A DNA stretch of 53,519 nucleotides, from assembly GCA_964575925.1 (NCBI GenBank), contig CAZNTR010000005.1, forward strand, positions 1 to 53,519. Reading direction: 5' to 3'. Position 1 is the first letter of the stretch; the number at the start of each line of letters is the position of its first letter. The notes below the pieces were generated by a model. It was not told where the DNA came from, did not search any database, and saw only the letters and a program-made list of their open reading frames with translations. Both the position numbers and the translations under genes were made by a program. This DNA is from an uncultured Chitinophagales bacterium (GTDB lineage: Bacteria; Bacteroidota; Rhodothermia; Balneolales; M1805). This document shows positions 10,438 to 19,647 of this stretch, one piece after another.

Positions 10438-10644
10438 ACCTTTATATCTGGATCACTACAAAATTTAATCAACACAAAAATGGTTGATTATAAATATATA
10501 AATCAATGAGATATGAAATTGTATTCATTAATTTATTTATTTAAACATACGGCTTGCTAAGTAAGGGTTAAATTATTTTAAAGCAACAGTAAAATGAATC
10601 AAAAGGGTTATTGTTTTATTCTTTCAAATCATAGAAGTTAAGAA

Positions 10645-11280
10645 ATGAATAAAAAAATAAGAGTATCTATAGTTGAAGATAATAATGGCATTCGCGAAAG
10701 TTTGTCTCTATTGATAGAAACAAATGCTGAGTTTGAACTTGTAAAAACGTATGCAAATGCAGAACTAGCCATGCAAGATATTGGAGATCATATTCCTGAT
10801 TTAATTTTAATGGACATTAATCTGCCAAATCGGTCTGGTGTGGATTGTACGGTTTTTATAAAAGAGCACTTTCCGAGCATTCAACTATTAATTTTAACTG
10901 TTTATGAAGACGCAGATGTTGTGTTTAATGCTTTAAGAGCAGGTGCTTCTGGATATCTATTAAAAAGAACTTCATCAAAGGAGCTTATTGAAGCCATGCA
11001 TGATTGTTTAAATGGTGGCGCACCAATGAGTAGTGCAATTGCAAGAAAAGTTGTGCAGTCGTTCCATACACCGATTTCAAAACCAGACCCAATGGCAGAA
11101 TTAACACCAAGAGAAGAAGAGGTTTTACAATTTCTATCAAAAGGGTTCAGAAATAAAGAAATCGCTGAAAAGATGTTTATTAGTGTAGAGACGGAGAGAA
11201 GACATGTTCATGTTATTTATGGAAAATTACATGTCAGATCGAGAACAGAAGCCGTTTTGAAATATCTCGGTTCTTCTTAG
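10645..11280 (+). CDS. NarL/LuxR-family response regulator
   Basis: REC motifs IVED, LMDINLP and GASGYLLK; LuxR HTH LTPREEEVL...GFRNKEIA...KLHVRSRTEA. Confidence 0.95.
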   Translation: MNKKIRVSIVEDNNGIRESLSLLIETNAEFELVKTYANAELAMQDIGDHIPDLILMDINLPNRSGVDCTVFIKEHFPSIQLLILTVYEDADVVFNALRAGASGYLLKRTSSKELIEAMHDCLNGGAPMSSAIARKVVQSFHTPISKPDPMAELTPREEEVLQFLSKGFRNKEIAEKMFISVETERRHVHVIYGKLHVRSRTEAVLKYLGSS

Positions 11281-11903
11281 AGTTGTTTTACAAATCCGTT
11301 TAAGCCCTTTTCTTTTAGTGTTCTTTGCCATTTTTTAGCTTCATTAGAAGTGTTGAACTTTCCAGAATACACTCGGAATACAGTTTGCCCATTTGCTTCA
11401 CCTTTTAATACGAACGATTTGGGTATTTTTTTTGCGTTTTGTTCTGCACTTTTACTATCAGAATAGGAGGCAAGTTGAACACTAAACTGCTCTCCGGACG
11501 ATATTTTTTTAGAAGAATTTTCCAGATCACCTTTAACTAAAAGTAATTTTACATTAGCCGTACCAGTTTTAGTTATGCCAATTTTTTTGGCTGCCGCCTC
11601 AGAAAGGTCAATAATTCTATCTTTTGCATAAGGACCTCTATCGTTAATTCGAACGGTTACTGACTTCCCGTTTTCTGTATTAATAACTTTTACTAATGTA
11701 TTAAAGGGCAATGTTTTATGAGCAGCAGTTAACCTATTTTTATTGAATTTTTCTCCATTAGCTGTTTTTTTTCCATGAAAACCTGGACCGTACCAACTGG
11801 CAACTCCGGTTTGAATATCTTTTAACATTCTACTTGACGAACAAGATGCAAGTAATAAAAAAAGAAGTATCGGAAGAGATATATTTTGAAAAGATAAACT
11901 CAT
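11277..11903 (-). CDS. rlpA: Septal ring lytic transglycosylase RlpA lipoprotein with SPOR domain
   Basis: Lipobox LASC; GVASWYG, LTAAHKTLPF, VRINDRGP and RIIDLS motifs; C-terminal SPOR FSVQLASY. Confidence 0.95.
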   Translation of the reverse strand: MSLSFQNISLPILLFLLLASCSSSRMLKDIQTGVASWYGPGFHGKKTANGEKFNKNRLTAAHKTLPFNTLVKVINTENGKSVTVRINDRGPYAKDRIIDLSEAAAKKIGITKTGTANVKLLLVKGDLENSSKKISSGEQFSVQLASYSDSKSAEQNAKKIPKSFVLKGEANGQTVFRVYSGKFNTSNEAKKWQRTLKEKGLNGFVKQL

Positions 11904-12037
11904 AAGACTTAAAACATAATAAGATTGAAAGGTAAGGCTTTGGTGCGGTGTGTTAAAGGAAATAAGAACAATAAATTAATAATTTTTGTAAATTTACAGC
12001 GTTCAGAACCGTAACATAAACTAGGAAATGTAGCAAA

Positions 12038-12373
12038 ATGTCAGGCCAAGAAATGATTGTGGCGATAGTTGCCTTAAGTATTTTTGGTGGAATAGCAACC
12101 ACTTTCATTCGTTCAGTTTATAAAATAATTAACAAGAAGTTAGATAATGCTAATTCACTACCCGAATTAGATAAGAAATTTTATGACGATTATATCACTT
12201 TTAAACAAGAAGTAAGAGCTGAAATTGCAGCAATAAAAAATCAAAGTGCTAAAAAAGTGCAATCTGAAAAGACCTTCGAAAATGCAAAACCCTTGTTAGA
12301 TTCAGTAGAAATTCAAGTGGATGACATAGCGCCATCTCCTAGGCTCAAAAATATGCTTGACCAGAAAAAGTAA
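12038..12373 (+). CDS. Hypothetical single-pass membrane protein
   Basis: AGGA upstream of the ATG; N-terminal hydrophobic helix followed by a charged helical tail. Confidence 0.7.
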   Translation: MSGQEMIVAIVALSIFGGIATTFIRSVYKIINKKLDNANSLPELDKKFYDDYITFKQEVRAEIAAIKNQSAKKVQSEKTFENAKPLLDSVEIQVDDIAPSPRLKNMLDQKK

Positions 12374-12452
12374 TAAATGCTTAGAGTGGAATCAGTATAT
12401 TTTGGGCAAATAAAATCACTAGTGAACACATTATTAGAATAACAGGAACCTG

Positions 12453-13070
12453 ATGAAATTAACTGCACTCGAGATTAAACAACAAAAATTTGAACGATCT
12501 ATAAGAGGTTTTGATGTTGGTGAAGTAAATGCATTTTTAGGAGTTATGGCTACTGAATGGGAACATTTAGTAGGGAAAAACAGAGAAATGGAAAATCAGA
12601 TTCAACGATTACAAGAAAAACTTCAGCATTACGAACGAGTTGAGTCTGCATTACACGAAACATTACAAACGGCCAAAGACACAGCGACACAACGAATAGA
12701 TAATTCTAAAAAAGAAGGGCGAAGAATTTTTGAAAAAGCTGAGATGGAAGCAGAACGAGTTTTACGTGATGCAAGACAAGAAAGACAGCAAATTAGACAG
12801 AGTGTTATTCGATTAATTGATCGTAGAGATGAAATTATTCGAGGAATTAAATCTTATTTAGATATGGCTAATGAGTCGCTAAATACCTTTTCACGAGATG
12901 ATAGTAATCTATATTCTCTTCCCAGAGACGACTATGACGCTCAACAAACTGAAAATATTCAAAAAAGAACTGATGAGAAAGAATCCATCAGATCTAAACT
13001 AGGACAAGATGATAATGCGTCTGTTCCTGGCTTAAATGATGTAGATTCAATCATTGATCAACTTGATTAA
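12453..13070 (+). CDS. divIVA: DivIVA domain-containing protein
   Basis: LTALEIKQQKFERSIRGFDVGEVNAFL N-terminal DivIVA signature followed by coiled coil. Confidence 0.9.
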   Translation: MKLTALEIKQQKFERSIRGFDVGEVNAFLGVMATEWEHLVGKNREMENQIQRLQEKLQHYERVESALHETLQTAKDTATQRIDNSKKEGRRIFEKAEMEAERVLRDARQERQQIRQSVIRLIDRRDEIIRGIKSYLDMANESLNTFSRDDSNLYSLPRDDYDAQQTENIQKRTDEKESIRSKLGQDDNASVPGLNDVDSIIDQLD

Positions 13071-13105
13071 CTGAAAAAGAACGTTAAAATAAATTTGAAA
13101 AAATA

Positions 13106-13945
13106 ATGAGAACATTTGATACCGTTGAACAATTTCGTACTAAACGTGATGAGGCCGTTGCCTACATTCAATCAAAAACTGAAATGCGCCCTGAGTATTT
13201 GGTTATTCTAGGAACTGGACTCGGTGATTTGGTAAAAAAAATAACAGTTATAGACTCCATTTCTTATAAAGATATTCCTCATTTTCCTGTTTCAACGGTT
13301 GAAAGCCATGCAGGTAGATTGCTATTTGGTGAATTAGGGGGCAAGCAAGTTGTAGCCATGCAGGGTCGTTTTCACTTTTATGAAGGTTACACCATGCAGC
13401 AAATTGTATTTCCTGTTCGTGTATTACAAGCAAACGGTGCAAAAACCCTTATTGTATCGAATGCGGCTGGTGGTATGAATCCTTTATTTAAAAAAGGTGA
13501 TGTGATGTGTATAAACGACCACATAAATCTAATTGGAGATAATCCACTTATGGGTCCCAACGATGATGTATTGGGGCCGAGATTTCCTGATATGAGTCAG
13601 CCATATTCTTTTAAATTAAGGAACAGCGCTGAAAAAATTGCTTTAGAACAGGGTATTCGTTTGCAACATGGTGTGTATGTTGCTGTATCAGGTCCAAATT
13701 TAGAGACAAAAGCAGAATACAGATTTCTTAGAAATCTTGGCGCTGATGTTGTTGGAATGAGCACCGTTCCTGAGACTATTGCTGCGGTTCACATGGGTAT
13801 GAGTGTATTAGGTTTTAGTGTAATTACGGACGAATGTTTTCCAGATGCGCTAGAACCTGTTCAAATGGCTGATATTTTAGCTGCTGCTGATATAGCCCAG
13901 CCCAAAATGACAAAACTTATTGTCGGAGTTCTTGAATCACTCTAA
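13106..13945 (+). CDS. punA: Purine-nucleoside phosphorylase (trimeric PunA/XapA type)
   Basis: ILGTGLG, STVESHAG, MQGRFHFYEG, NAAGG, GPNLET and VGMSTVPE motifs. Confidence 0.93.
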   Translation: MRTFDTVEQFRTKRDEAVAYIQSKTEMRPEYLVILGTGLGDLVKKITVIDSISYKDIPHFPVSTVESHAGRLLFGELGGKQVVAMQGRFHFYEGYTMQQIVFPVRVLQANGAKTLIVSNAAGGMNPLFKKGDVMCINDHINLIGDNPLMGPNDDVLGPRFPDMSQPYSFKLRNSAEKIALEQGIRLQHGVYVAVSGPNLETKAEYRFLRNLGADVVGMSTVPETIAAVHMGMSVLGFSVITDECFPDALEPVQMADILAAADIAQPKMTKLIVGVLESL

Positions 13946-14048
13946 AATAATGTTGAAATTAAATAAATGGCTGAAATTAAATTTGAAGAATTTGGCCTTT
14001 TATATCTTATAATAATTTACAAACAAACACATTTAGATTTAGTAGCAA

Positions 14049-14957
14049 ATGGATTTTCCTAATTCTGTATGGGATGAACATCGTTGGGAAGAACACTTGA
14101 AAAGTCTCGAACTTGGTAGTGTGAAAAGGAAGAGTTTTGTAAATAACTCTTGGGGTGATAATGAACCTGTTTGGATTCGCTTTCTAAAAGAATATGATGA
14201 TGTTGAAGCAGCTCTTGAAAGTTTTTTGGACGATGAATTGACCTATGAAGAAGCCTATTTCCCTGAAGACCCCGATGAAGACGAAGAAGATGATGATATT
14301 GATGATGAAATTTTTCTAAATTCAGGAGATTTTTTTGGAGATATTGATGTTGAAACTGAAACAGACTCCGATTTTCCGTTTTCTTTGGGTGAGTCAAGTA
14401 TGCCTTATATATTTGATCCTGCTGAAGAGTTTTACTTTGATGATTACGAATCAATTAATGAATTAGATGATGAATTAAATGAATTAGACTATTCAGAATT
14501 AGAAGAAGGCGATGAGTGGAAAGCGGTTCTACCAGAGTTTCAAACAGATCCTTATGCTGAGATAGACGATCCATTCTATTGTTATTTACATTATGATGAA
14601 ATTCATGAGATAAGCTTGTATTTTTTACATAGAACTCGAATTTTCCCAGAAAGTCAAACATCTTTAAGTTATTTAAACTTTATGCATGAACTTTTGCAAG
14701 GCACAACAAAATACGCTGCAGGACTTGCGTTTGACCATGAAGAACCCACGGTAATAGGTGCAGTAATAACCTATTTTAAAAAAGCTTTAAGTCATATAAA
14801 CCTGGCCATTGATTTATTAAGGGTGTTGAAGGTAGAAGGTTTGCTGAACGACAGAGAGTATCTCCCTTTAAATACTAGAATTTTTGAACTGAGAAATAAT
14901 TTAGGAATAATGATTCAAGAGATGCGTGAACACCTAAATAAATTCACAAATAAATAG
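14049..14957 (+). CDS. Highly acidic hypothetical protein with helical C-terminal domain
   Basis: 302-aa ORF with a D/E-rich central region and host-like codon usage. Confidence 0.8.
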   Translation: MDFPNSVWDEHRWEEHLKSLELGSVKRKSFVNNSWGDNEPVWIRFLKEYDDVEAALESFLDDELTYEEAYFPEDPDEDEEDDDIDDEIFLNSGDFFGDIDVETETDSDFPFSLGESSMPYIFDPAEEFYFDDYESINELDDELNELDYSELEEGDEWKAVLPEFQTDPYAEIDDPFYCYLHYDEIHEISLYFLHRTRIFPESQTSLSYLNFMHELLQGTTKYAAGLAFDHEEPTVIGAVITYFKKALSHINLAIDLLRVLKVEGLLNDREYLPLNTRIFELRNNLGIMIQEMREHLNKFTNK

Positions 14958-15055
14958 CTTAATATTCTTTTTGAATCAGAATACTATTTAAATCTGATTC
15001 ACTATTCCTATATTAAACAGAAGGTATGTAAATTCTGAACCGTTGATCACCTACT

Positions 15056-15607
15056 ATGGCTAAACAAATTGCAAATAAAATGGCTCCATTATGGGGTAAT
15101 ATTTTTAGTGCACTTAACTTTTCTAAACAAGAATCTGAAGTTGATATACTTAAAAAAATACCGATTTTTCAAGATTTAAGAAAAAGAGAACTAAATATAG
15201 TCTCTAAAATTTTGTATGAAAGAAAGTATGAAGCTGGCGAATATATGTTTGAAACGGGTCAACCAGGTGCGGCAATGTTCATTATTAAAGAAGGATCGGT
15301 TCAAATTACACGAACTAGTAAATCTGGAGAAGAATTAGTGTTAGCAAATATAGGAAGCGGTGACTTTGTTGGAGAATTAGCACTTCTTGACTCATCTGCA
15401 AGATCTGCCTCAGCCTATGTAATAAAAAATACGGTTGCGGTTGCCATCTTTAGATCAGACTTAGAAAAACTTTTCGAAAGCAATCCCGATTTGGGAAATA
15501 AAGTAATGAGACGACTAGCTACTGTTATCGGTTTGCGACTCAAAGCAACAAATGAATTACTTATAAATCTGGAAGATGAGTATGGCAATCAGCAAAACGA
15601 ACCCTGA
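15056..15607 (+). CDS. Stand-alone cyclic-nucleotide-binding domain protein
   Basis: GQPGAAMFIIKEGSV and GDFVGELALL...RSASA phosphate-binding cassette; no HTH. Confidence 0.92.
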   Translation: MAKQIANKMAPLWGNIFSALNFSKQESEVDILKKIPIFQDLRKRELNIVSKILYERKYEAGEYMFETGQPGAAMFIIKEGSVQITRTSKSGEELVLANIGSGDFVGELALLDSSARSASAYVIKNTVAVAIFRSDLEKLFESNPDLGNKVMRRLATVIGLRLKATNELLINLEDEYGNQQNEP

Positions 15608-16874
15608 ACGTCTTAAGCGATCAAGAATTTTTTACGGGGCTCTAACTTTTTTTATAGTTTCAATTATCACAGTTTTGCTTTGGACTTTAAATGCCTTAGT
15701 TCTTCCCATAATAATTGGTTTGATTTCGGCTTACATTGCAATGCCTGGTTTGAAATGGCTTATGAAGCATAGAATACCGAAATGGCTTGGCATTTTAATG
15801 CTTTTCGGTGGCTTCATATTTGTTGTATTTATTTTGGGGAGACAAGTAATTTCGATGTTACCAGACGATAAGGAGCAATTGGAACTTAGAGTCAATATTC
15901 AGTATAAACTATACTCAAATTTTCAGGATTTTATGAACGAAGACACATCTTCTCCTAGTAAAGAAATGTTGTTAGCCGTTTTTGGTCCCGAATTAACACC
16001 AATTCTAAACTCTATTGTAAGTTTTATTTCTTTAAATGAAGATGAAGGAAAAAAACTTTACCAATTAAGTCAGTTTACGGAAGAAAATCAATATCCTATA
16101 AAACCGTCAACTGTTAAGCGTTTTGAAGAATTAAAGAACTTAGGTTATTTATCAACGGATGTTGAAGAAGAAAAAGAAGGCACAGAGAAGAAATCTTTTA
16201 ACGCCTTTGCTGCAGCTCCTGGAAGTAGTAGAATTGCTGCACTACTCTCTGCAATATCTAACTGGATTTTAACACCATTTGTATTCATTTTTATTCTATT
16301 CGATGATGGCGAGATTAAACACACTTTGTTAAATCTAATTCCGAATAGATATTTTGAGATGTCTCTTACTACCATGGATAATGCCGATAATGCAATTGGT
16401 TCTTATTTGAGAGGAACACTAACAGAATCAACTTTGGTAGGTATTTGTTTTATTGTTGGATTGATGTTAGTTGGATTTGAACTCCAAGCAGCCGTTTTAA
16501 TTGGAATTATTGCTGGTGTAGCAAATGCTATTCCGTTTTTAGGTCCTGTAATTGGGTTAATCGTTGGAATTAGCTACGCCTTGATTGTAGAAAATATTGA
16601 TCCTTTACTACCATTTTTAAGTAGTGAAAGTGCCATACTAGGAGTAGTAATTGTTGTAATAACTGTTCAATTATTAGATAATGCGTATTTTGGGCCTGTA
16701 ATTTTAGGTAAAGCGGTGAATTTACATCCACTTGTTGTCATTATTGGCGTATCTGGTGGGTCAATTCTATTTGGTTTTACAGGAATGTTATTTGCAATTC
16801 CTAGTATAGTAATGATAAATGTAATTATTTCGACTGTTTTTAAGCAGCTCAAAGCTTATTACATAATCTATTGA
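15576..16874 (+). CDS. AI-2E (PerM/UPF0118) family transporter
   Basis: YLRGTL, ANAIPFLGP, QLLDN...P.ILGKAVNLHP and FGFTGMLFAIP motifs. Confidence 0.92.
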   Translation: MSMAISKTNPERLKRSRIFYGALTFFIVSIITVLLWTLNALVLPIIIGLISAYIAMPGLKWLMKHRIPKWLGILMLFGGFIFVVFILGRQVISMLPDDKEQLELRVNIQYKLYSNFQDFMNEDTSSPSKEMLLAVFGPELTPILNSIVSFISLNEDEGKKLYQLSQFTEENQYPIKPSTVKRFEELKNLGYLSTDVEEEKEGTEKKSFNAFAAAPGSSRIAALLSAISNWILTPFVFIFILFDDGEIKHTLLNLIPNRYFEMSLTTMDNADNAIGSYLRGTLTESTLVGICFIVGLMLVGFELQAAVLIGIIAGVANAIPFLGPVIGLIVGISYALIVENIDPLLPFLSSESAILGVVIVVITVQLLDNAYFGPVILGKAVNLHPLVVIIGVSGGSILFGFTGMLFAIPSIVMINVIISTVFKQLKAYYIIY

Positions 16875-17200
16875 GGGATACCATTTGAAAATAAACCCGT
16901 AAAACGCCATTACAGAATCACACTTTTTGCATTTCAGTATTAGTTAGAGTACTGATTGTGAATACTATTACTTTTTATTCTCTTATTATCTAGCAAAAAT
17001 ATTTTTCAATTCGTTTGGTATTACCCTGTATTTCAAAAAATTTAATATACTTTACAGAAACGAAGATTCAATTAACGAGGCATCCAATTTGAGTTAAAAC
17101 AACACCATAACAAACAAAGTTTGAAGCTGAAATCATCAACTAGAAAGTTTAAACATAGCTGTAGATTAAAATTCAACTTGCTTAAAAACCTTCAAATCAA

Positions 17201-17674
17201 TTAAAACTGTGAAGTCTTAAAATCTCGTTTTAACTCTCTTTGACTATCTCTTTCAGCTATACTATCACGCTTATCGTGTTTCTTTTTACCCTTAGCTAAA
17301 CCAATTAAAATCTTAGCAAACCCATTTTTGAAATAAATCTTTAAAGGAACAACCGTGTACCCTTTTTGATGCAGTAAGATATCTATTTCTTCAATTTCTT
17401 TTTTCTTTAGTAATAACTTACGTGTACGAGTAGCTTCGTGGTTATTGTAGGATCCAAACTTGAATTCTTTAATATATAAATCCTTCAGTAAAATCTCCCC
17501 ATTGTCCATATAGGCAAAAGAGTCAACAAAACTAACTTGTCCTTCACGTATCGATTTAACCTCTGTTCCTTGAAGAGCAATTCCAGCCTCATATGTTTCT
17601 TCAATTAGATAATCGAAGGTGGCTTTGCGGTTTTGAATAGTTGGAGTGGTTTTCTTTTTGTCTTTTTCTGCCAT
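17201..17674 (-). CDS. smpB: SsrA-binding protein SmpB
   Basis: NRKATFDY, EAGIALQGTEVKSIR, RKLLL and GKKKHDKR motifs. The start is likely the ATG at 17674. Confidence 0.98.
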   Translation of the reverse strand: MAEKDKKKTTPTIQNRKATFDYLIEETYEAGIALQGTEVKSIREGQVSFVDSFAYMDNGEILLKDLYIKEFKFGSYNNHEATRTRKLLLKKKEIEEIDILLHQKGYTVVPLKIYFKNGFAKILIGLAKGKKKHDKRDSIAERDSQRELKRDFKTSQF

Positions 17675-17748
17675 AAAATGTTCTAAACGAACGTTCAACT
17701 GCGACTCAAATAAGTAAAGAAGCTCGGTTTATAAAAAAGTTTTGTCTC

Positions 17749-18228
17749 TTAATCAGCAATGTCTTGTGGTACTTCTCGACCCATTTGTTTATAAATCCCC
17801 TCAATTTGCTCAATTTCAGCCATAGCTTTTGAATTTCCAGGCTCTAATTGTAAAGCTTTTCTAAAATGCGCTAATGAACCGGTCATGCGTTCTTTCATTC
17901 CAAGGTGATCTCCATAATATTCCATGAAAACTCCCATCTCAACATAAGCTTCAGCTAAAGCAGCAGCATTTTCCCTAACTGAACTATCTGTTTTCTTTAG
18001 TTCAGTAATTTTGTTTTGTAAGTAAGCGCTATTTTTAACACGAACGTCTTTTCCTAATTCAGTGGATTCTTCAGAAAGAGGAAGCGAAGAGATGTATTGA
18101 AGCGCCTCGTTAAATTTATTTTGACTTATTAAGGTTTCCACCTGTGCTTTATATCCAGTTTTTTTATTTTCTGAACCGCAAGAAATAAGTAAAAATGTAA
18201 CTAAAAGTGCTGATAAAATGATTTTCAT
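17749..18228 (-). CDS. Lipoprotein with TPR-like helices
   Basis: Lipobox LISC; TPR-like segment FRKALQLEPGNSKA. Confidence 0.8.
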   Translation of the reverse strand: MKIILSALLVTFLLISCGSENKKTGYKAQVETLISQNKFNEALQYISSLPLSEESTELGKDVRVKNSAYLQNKITELKKTDSSVRENAAALAEAYVEMGVFMEYYGDHLGMKERMTGSLAHFRKALQLEPGNSKAMAEIEQIEGIYKQMGREVPQDIAD

Positions 18229-18447
18229 GATAAAAAAAATGAATTAAAAAAGGAACTAGGTAAGTGTTGAATTTAGCAGAAAGTAATAATCAGTAAAGTA
18301 TGACTAAAAAGTGTAATGAATAGATACTAACGGCAATTGGTCTTAACAAATTTGAGTCATTTATAAAATGTACACGATTTAAATCAACCATTCAAAATTT
18401 GATTTAAAATTACAAAATGCAAAGAACCTAAAATACACAAATTTGGA

Positions 18448-19626
18448 TTAATACGATAATAGATACAAAGGACTTGGACTTATACAAACAACGAATAAAA
18501 ACATACCAAACCAGCCTAAAGCACGACGAACTGGGTCTAATTCTTGTTGGTAAATAACAGGAGGGTGTTCAATTTTTACAAAAAACAATATAAAAACCAT
18601 CCAAATCGCCCAACTTGAAAGACCATTCCATTGAGCTGCTCCAAAAATATTGACTAAGACAAAGCTAATGATTAAAGAAGGAACAGCTGTAAAAATAGTC
18701 CAATTTAGATTTCGGTGATAAGCTCGTTGTAGCATCAAAAATAATATAATACCCCAAATAGCCCATGCGTACATCCCCCAGCCAGGATTGCTTCCTTCTA
18801 GTAATTCTATAAGTAAAGGAATGATTCCTAATGCCCCAAGAATAGAAAGAAGGGCAAAAAAGACACGAGCAAAAAATTGGTGTTTTTTGAATCCAATTAG
18901 TGAATATAAAATATGCCCACCATCGAGTTGACCAATCGGCATTAAATTTAGCCCTGTAAAAAACAAGCCCAGCCAACCTGCGAATAAAAAAGGAAAATGG
19001 TACATTTCCCACATAGGTGGAACATTATCAAAAAATAATGACAGGAATGAATAAAGCAGTGTATCTCCAACCATAAGTACAGCACCATCTTCGGTTATAA
19101 TTGGAACATCAGGATATTCCCCATACGATTGAACATAAGCTTTTAATTCGGCATGCCCTTCAAATGATTGAACATAATCGGGACTTGGTAAAGTAATGAA
19201 GCCTATAATTAACAAAGAGAATGAAACTACAAAACCTGCTACAGGTCCAGCTATTCCAATATCAAAAAGCTTTTTTGTAGATTGTATGCGTTCTTTAAGT
19301 CGAATTACGGCACCCATAGTTCCAATAGGAGAGATAAATGGCAAAGGAATAAAGTAGGGAAGAGTTGCTGAAACTCTATGATAAACAGCTGCAAAATAAT
19401 GCCCGAATTCATGTGTAGCTAAAAACAGTAACAATAAAGCGCTAAATAAAACTGATTCCTCAATAGTAAAAAAAAATTGAAGACTTGTTATCGACACCGC
19501 AAAAAAAGTGATGACTAATAAGCCAACATGAAAAAGAATTGTTTTTATGGATAAGCCAAGTCGTTCCAATGTGGAACGACTTTCTTGGGCTTCAATTATT
19601 TCGAATTCGCTTTTAATTTCTTTCAA
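18448..19626 (-). CDS. Site-2 protease (M50) family membrane metalloprotease
   Basis: HEFGH zinc motif, IGIAGP and NLMPIGQLDGGH; TTG start. Confidence 0.93.
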   Translation of the reverse strand: MKEIKSEFEIIEAQESRSTLERLGLSIKTILFHVGLLVITFFAVSITSLQFFFTIEESVLFSALLLLFLATHEFGHYFAAVYHRVSATLPYFIPLPFISPIGTMGAVIRLKERIQSTKKLFDIGIAGPVAGFVVSFSLLIIGFITLPSPDYVQSFEGHAELKAYVQSYGEYPDVPIITEDGAVLMVGDTLLYSFLSLFFDNVPPMWEMYHFPFLFAGWLGLFFTGLNLMPIGQLDGGHILYSLIGFKKHQFFARVFFALLSILGALGIIPLLIELLEGSNPGWGMYAWAIWGIILFLMLQRAYHRNLNWTIFTAVPSLIISFVLVNIFGAAQWNGLSSWAIWMVFILFFVKIEHPPVIYQQELDPVRRALGWFGMFLFVVCISPSPLYLLSY

Positions 19627-19647
19627 TGTAGTGTTATCTAATACTAA

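Noticed and set aside
16875-17200. tmRNA (ssrA) next to smpB
   Set aside because: No GGGG 5' end, no T-arm/CCA tRNA-like 3' end and no tag reading frame.
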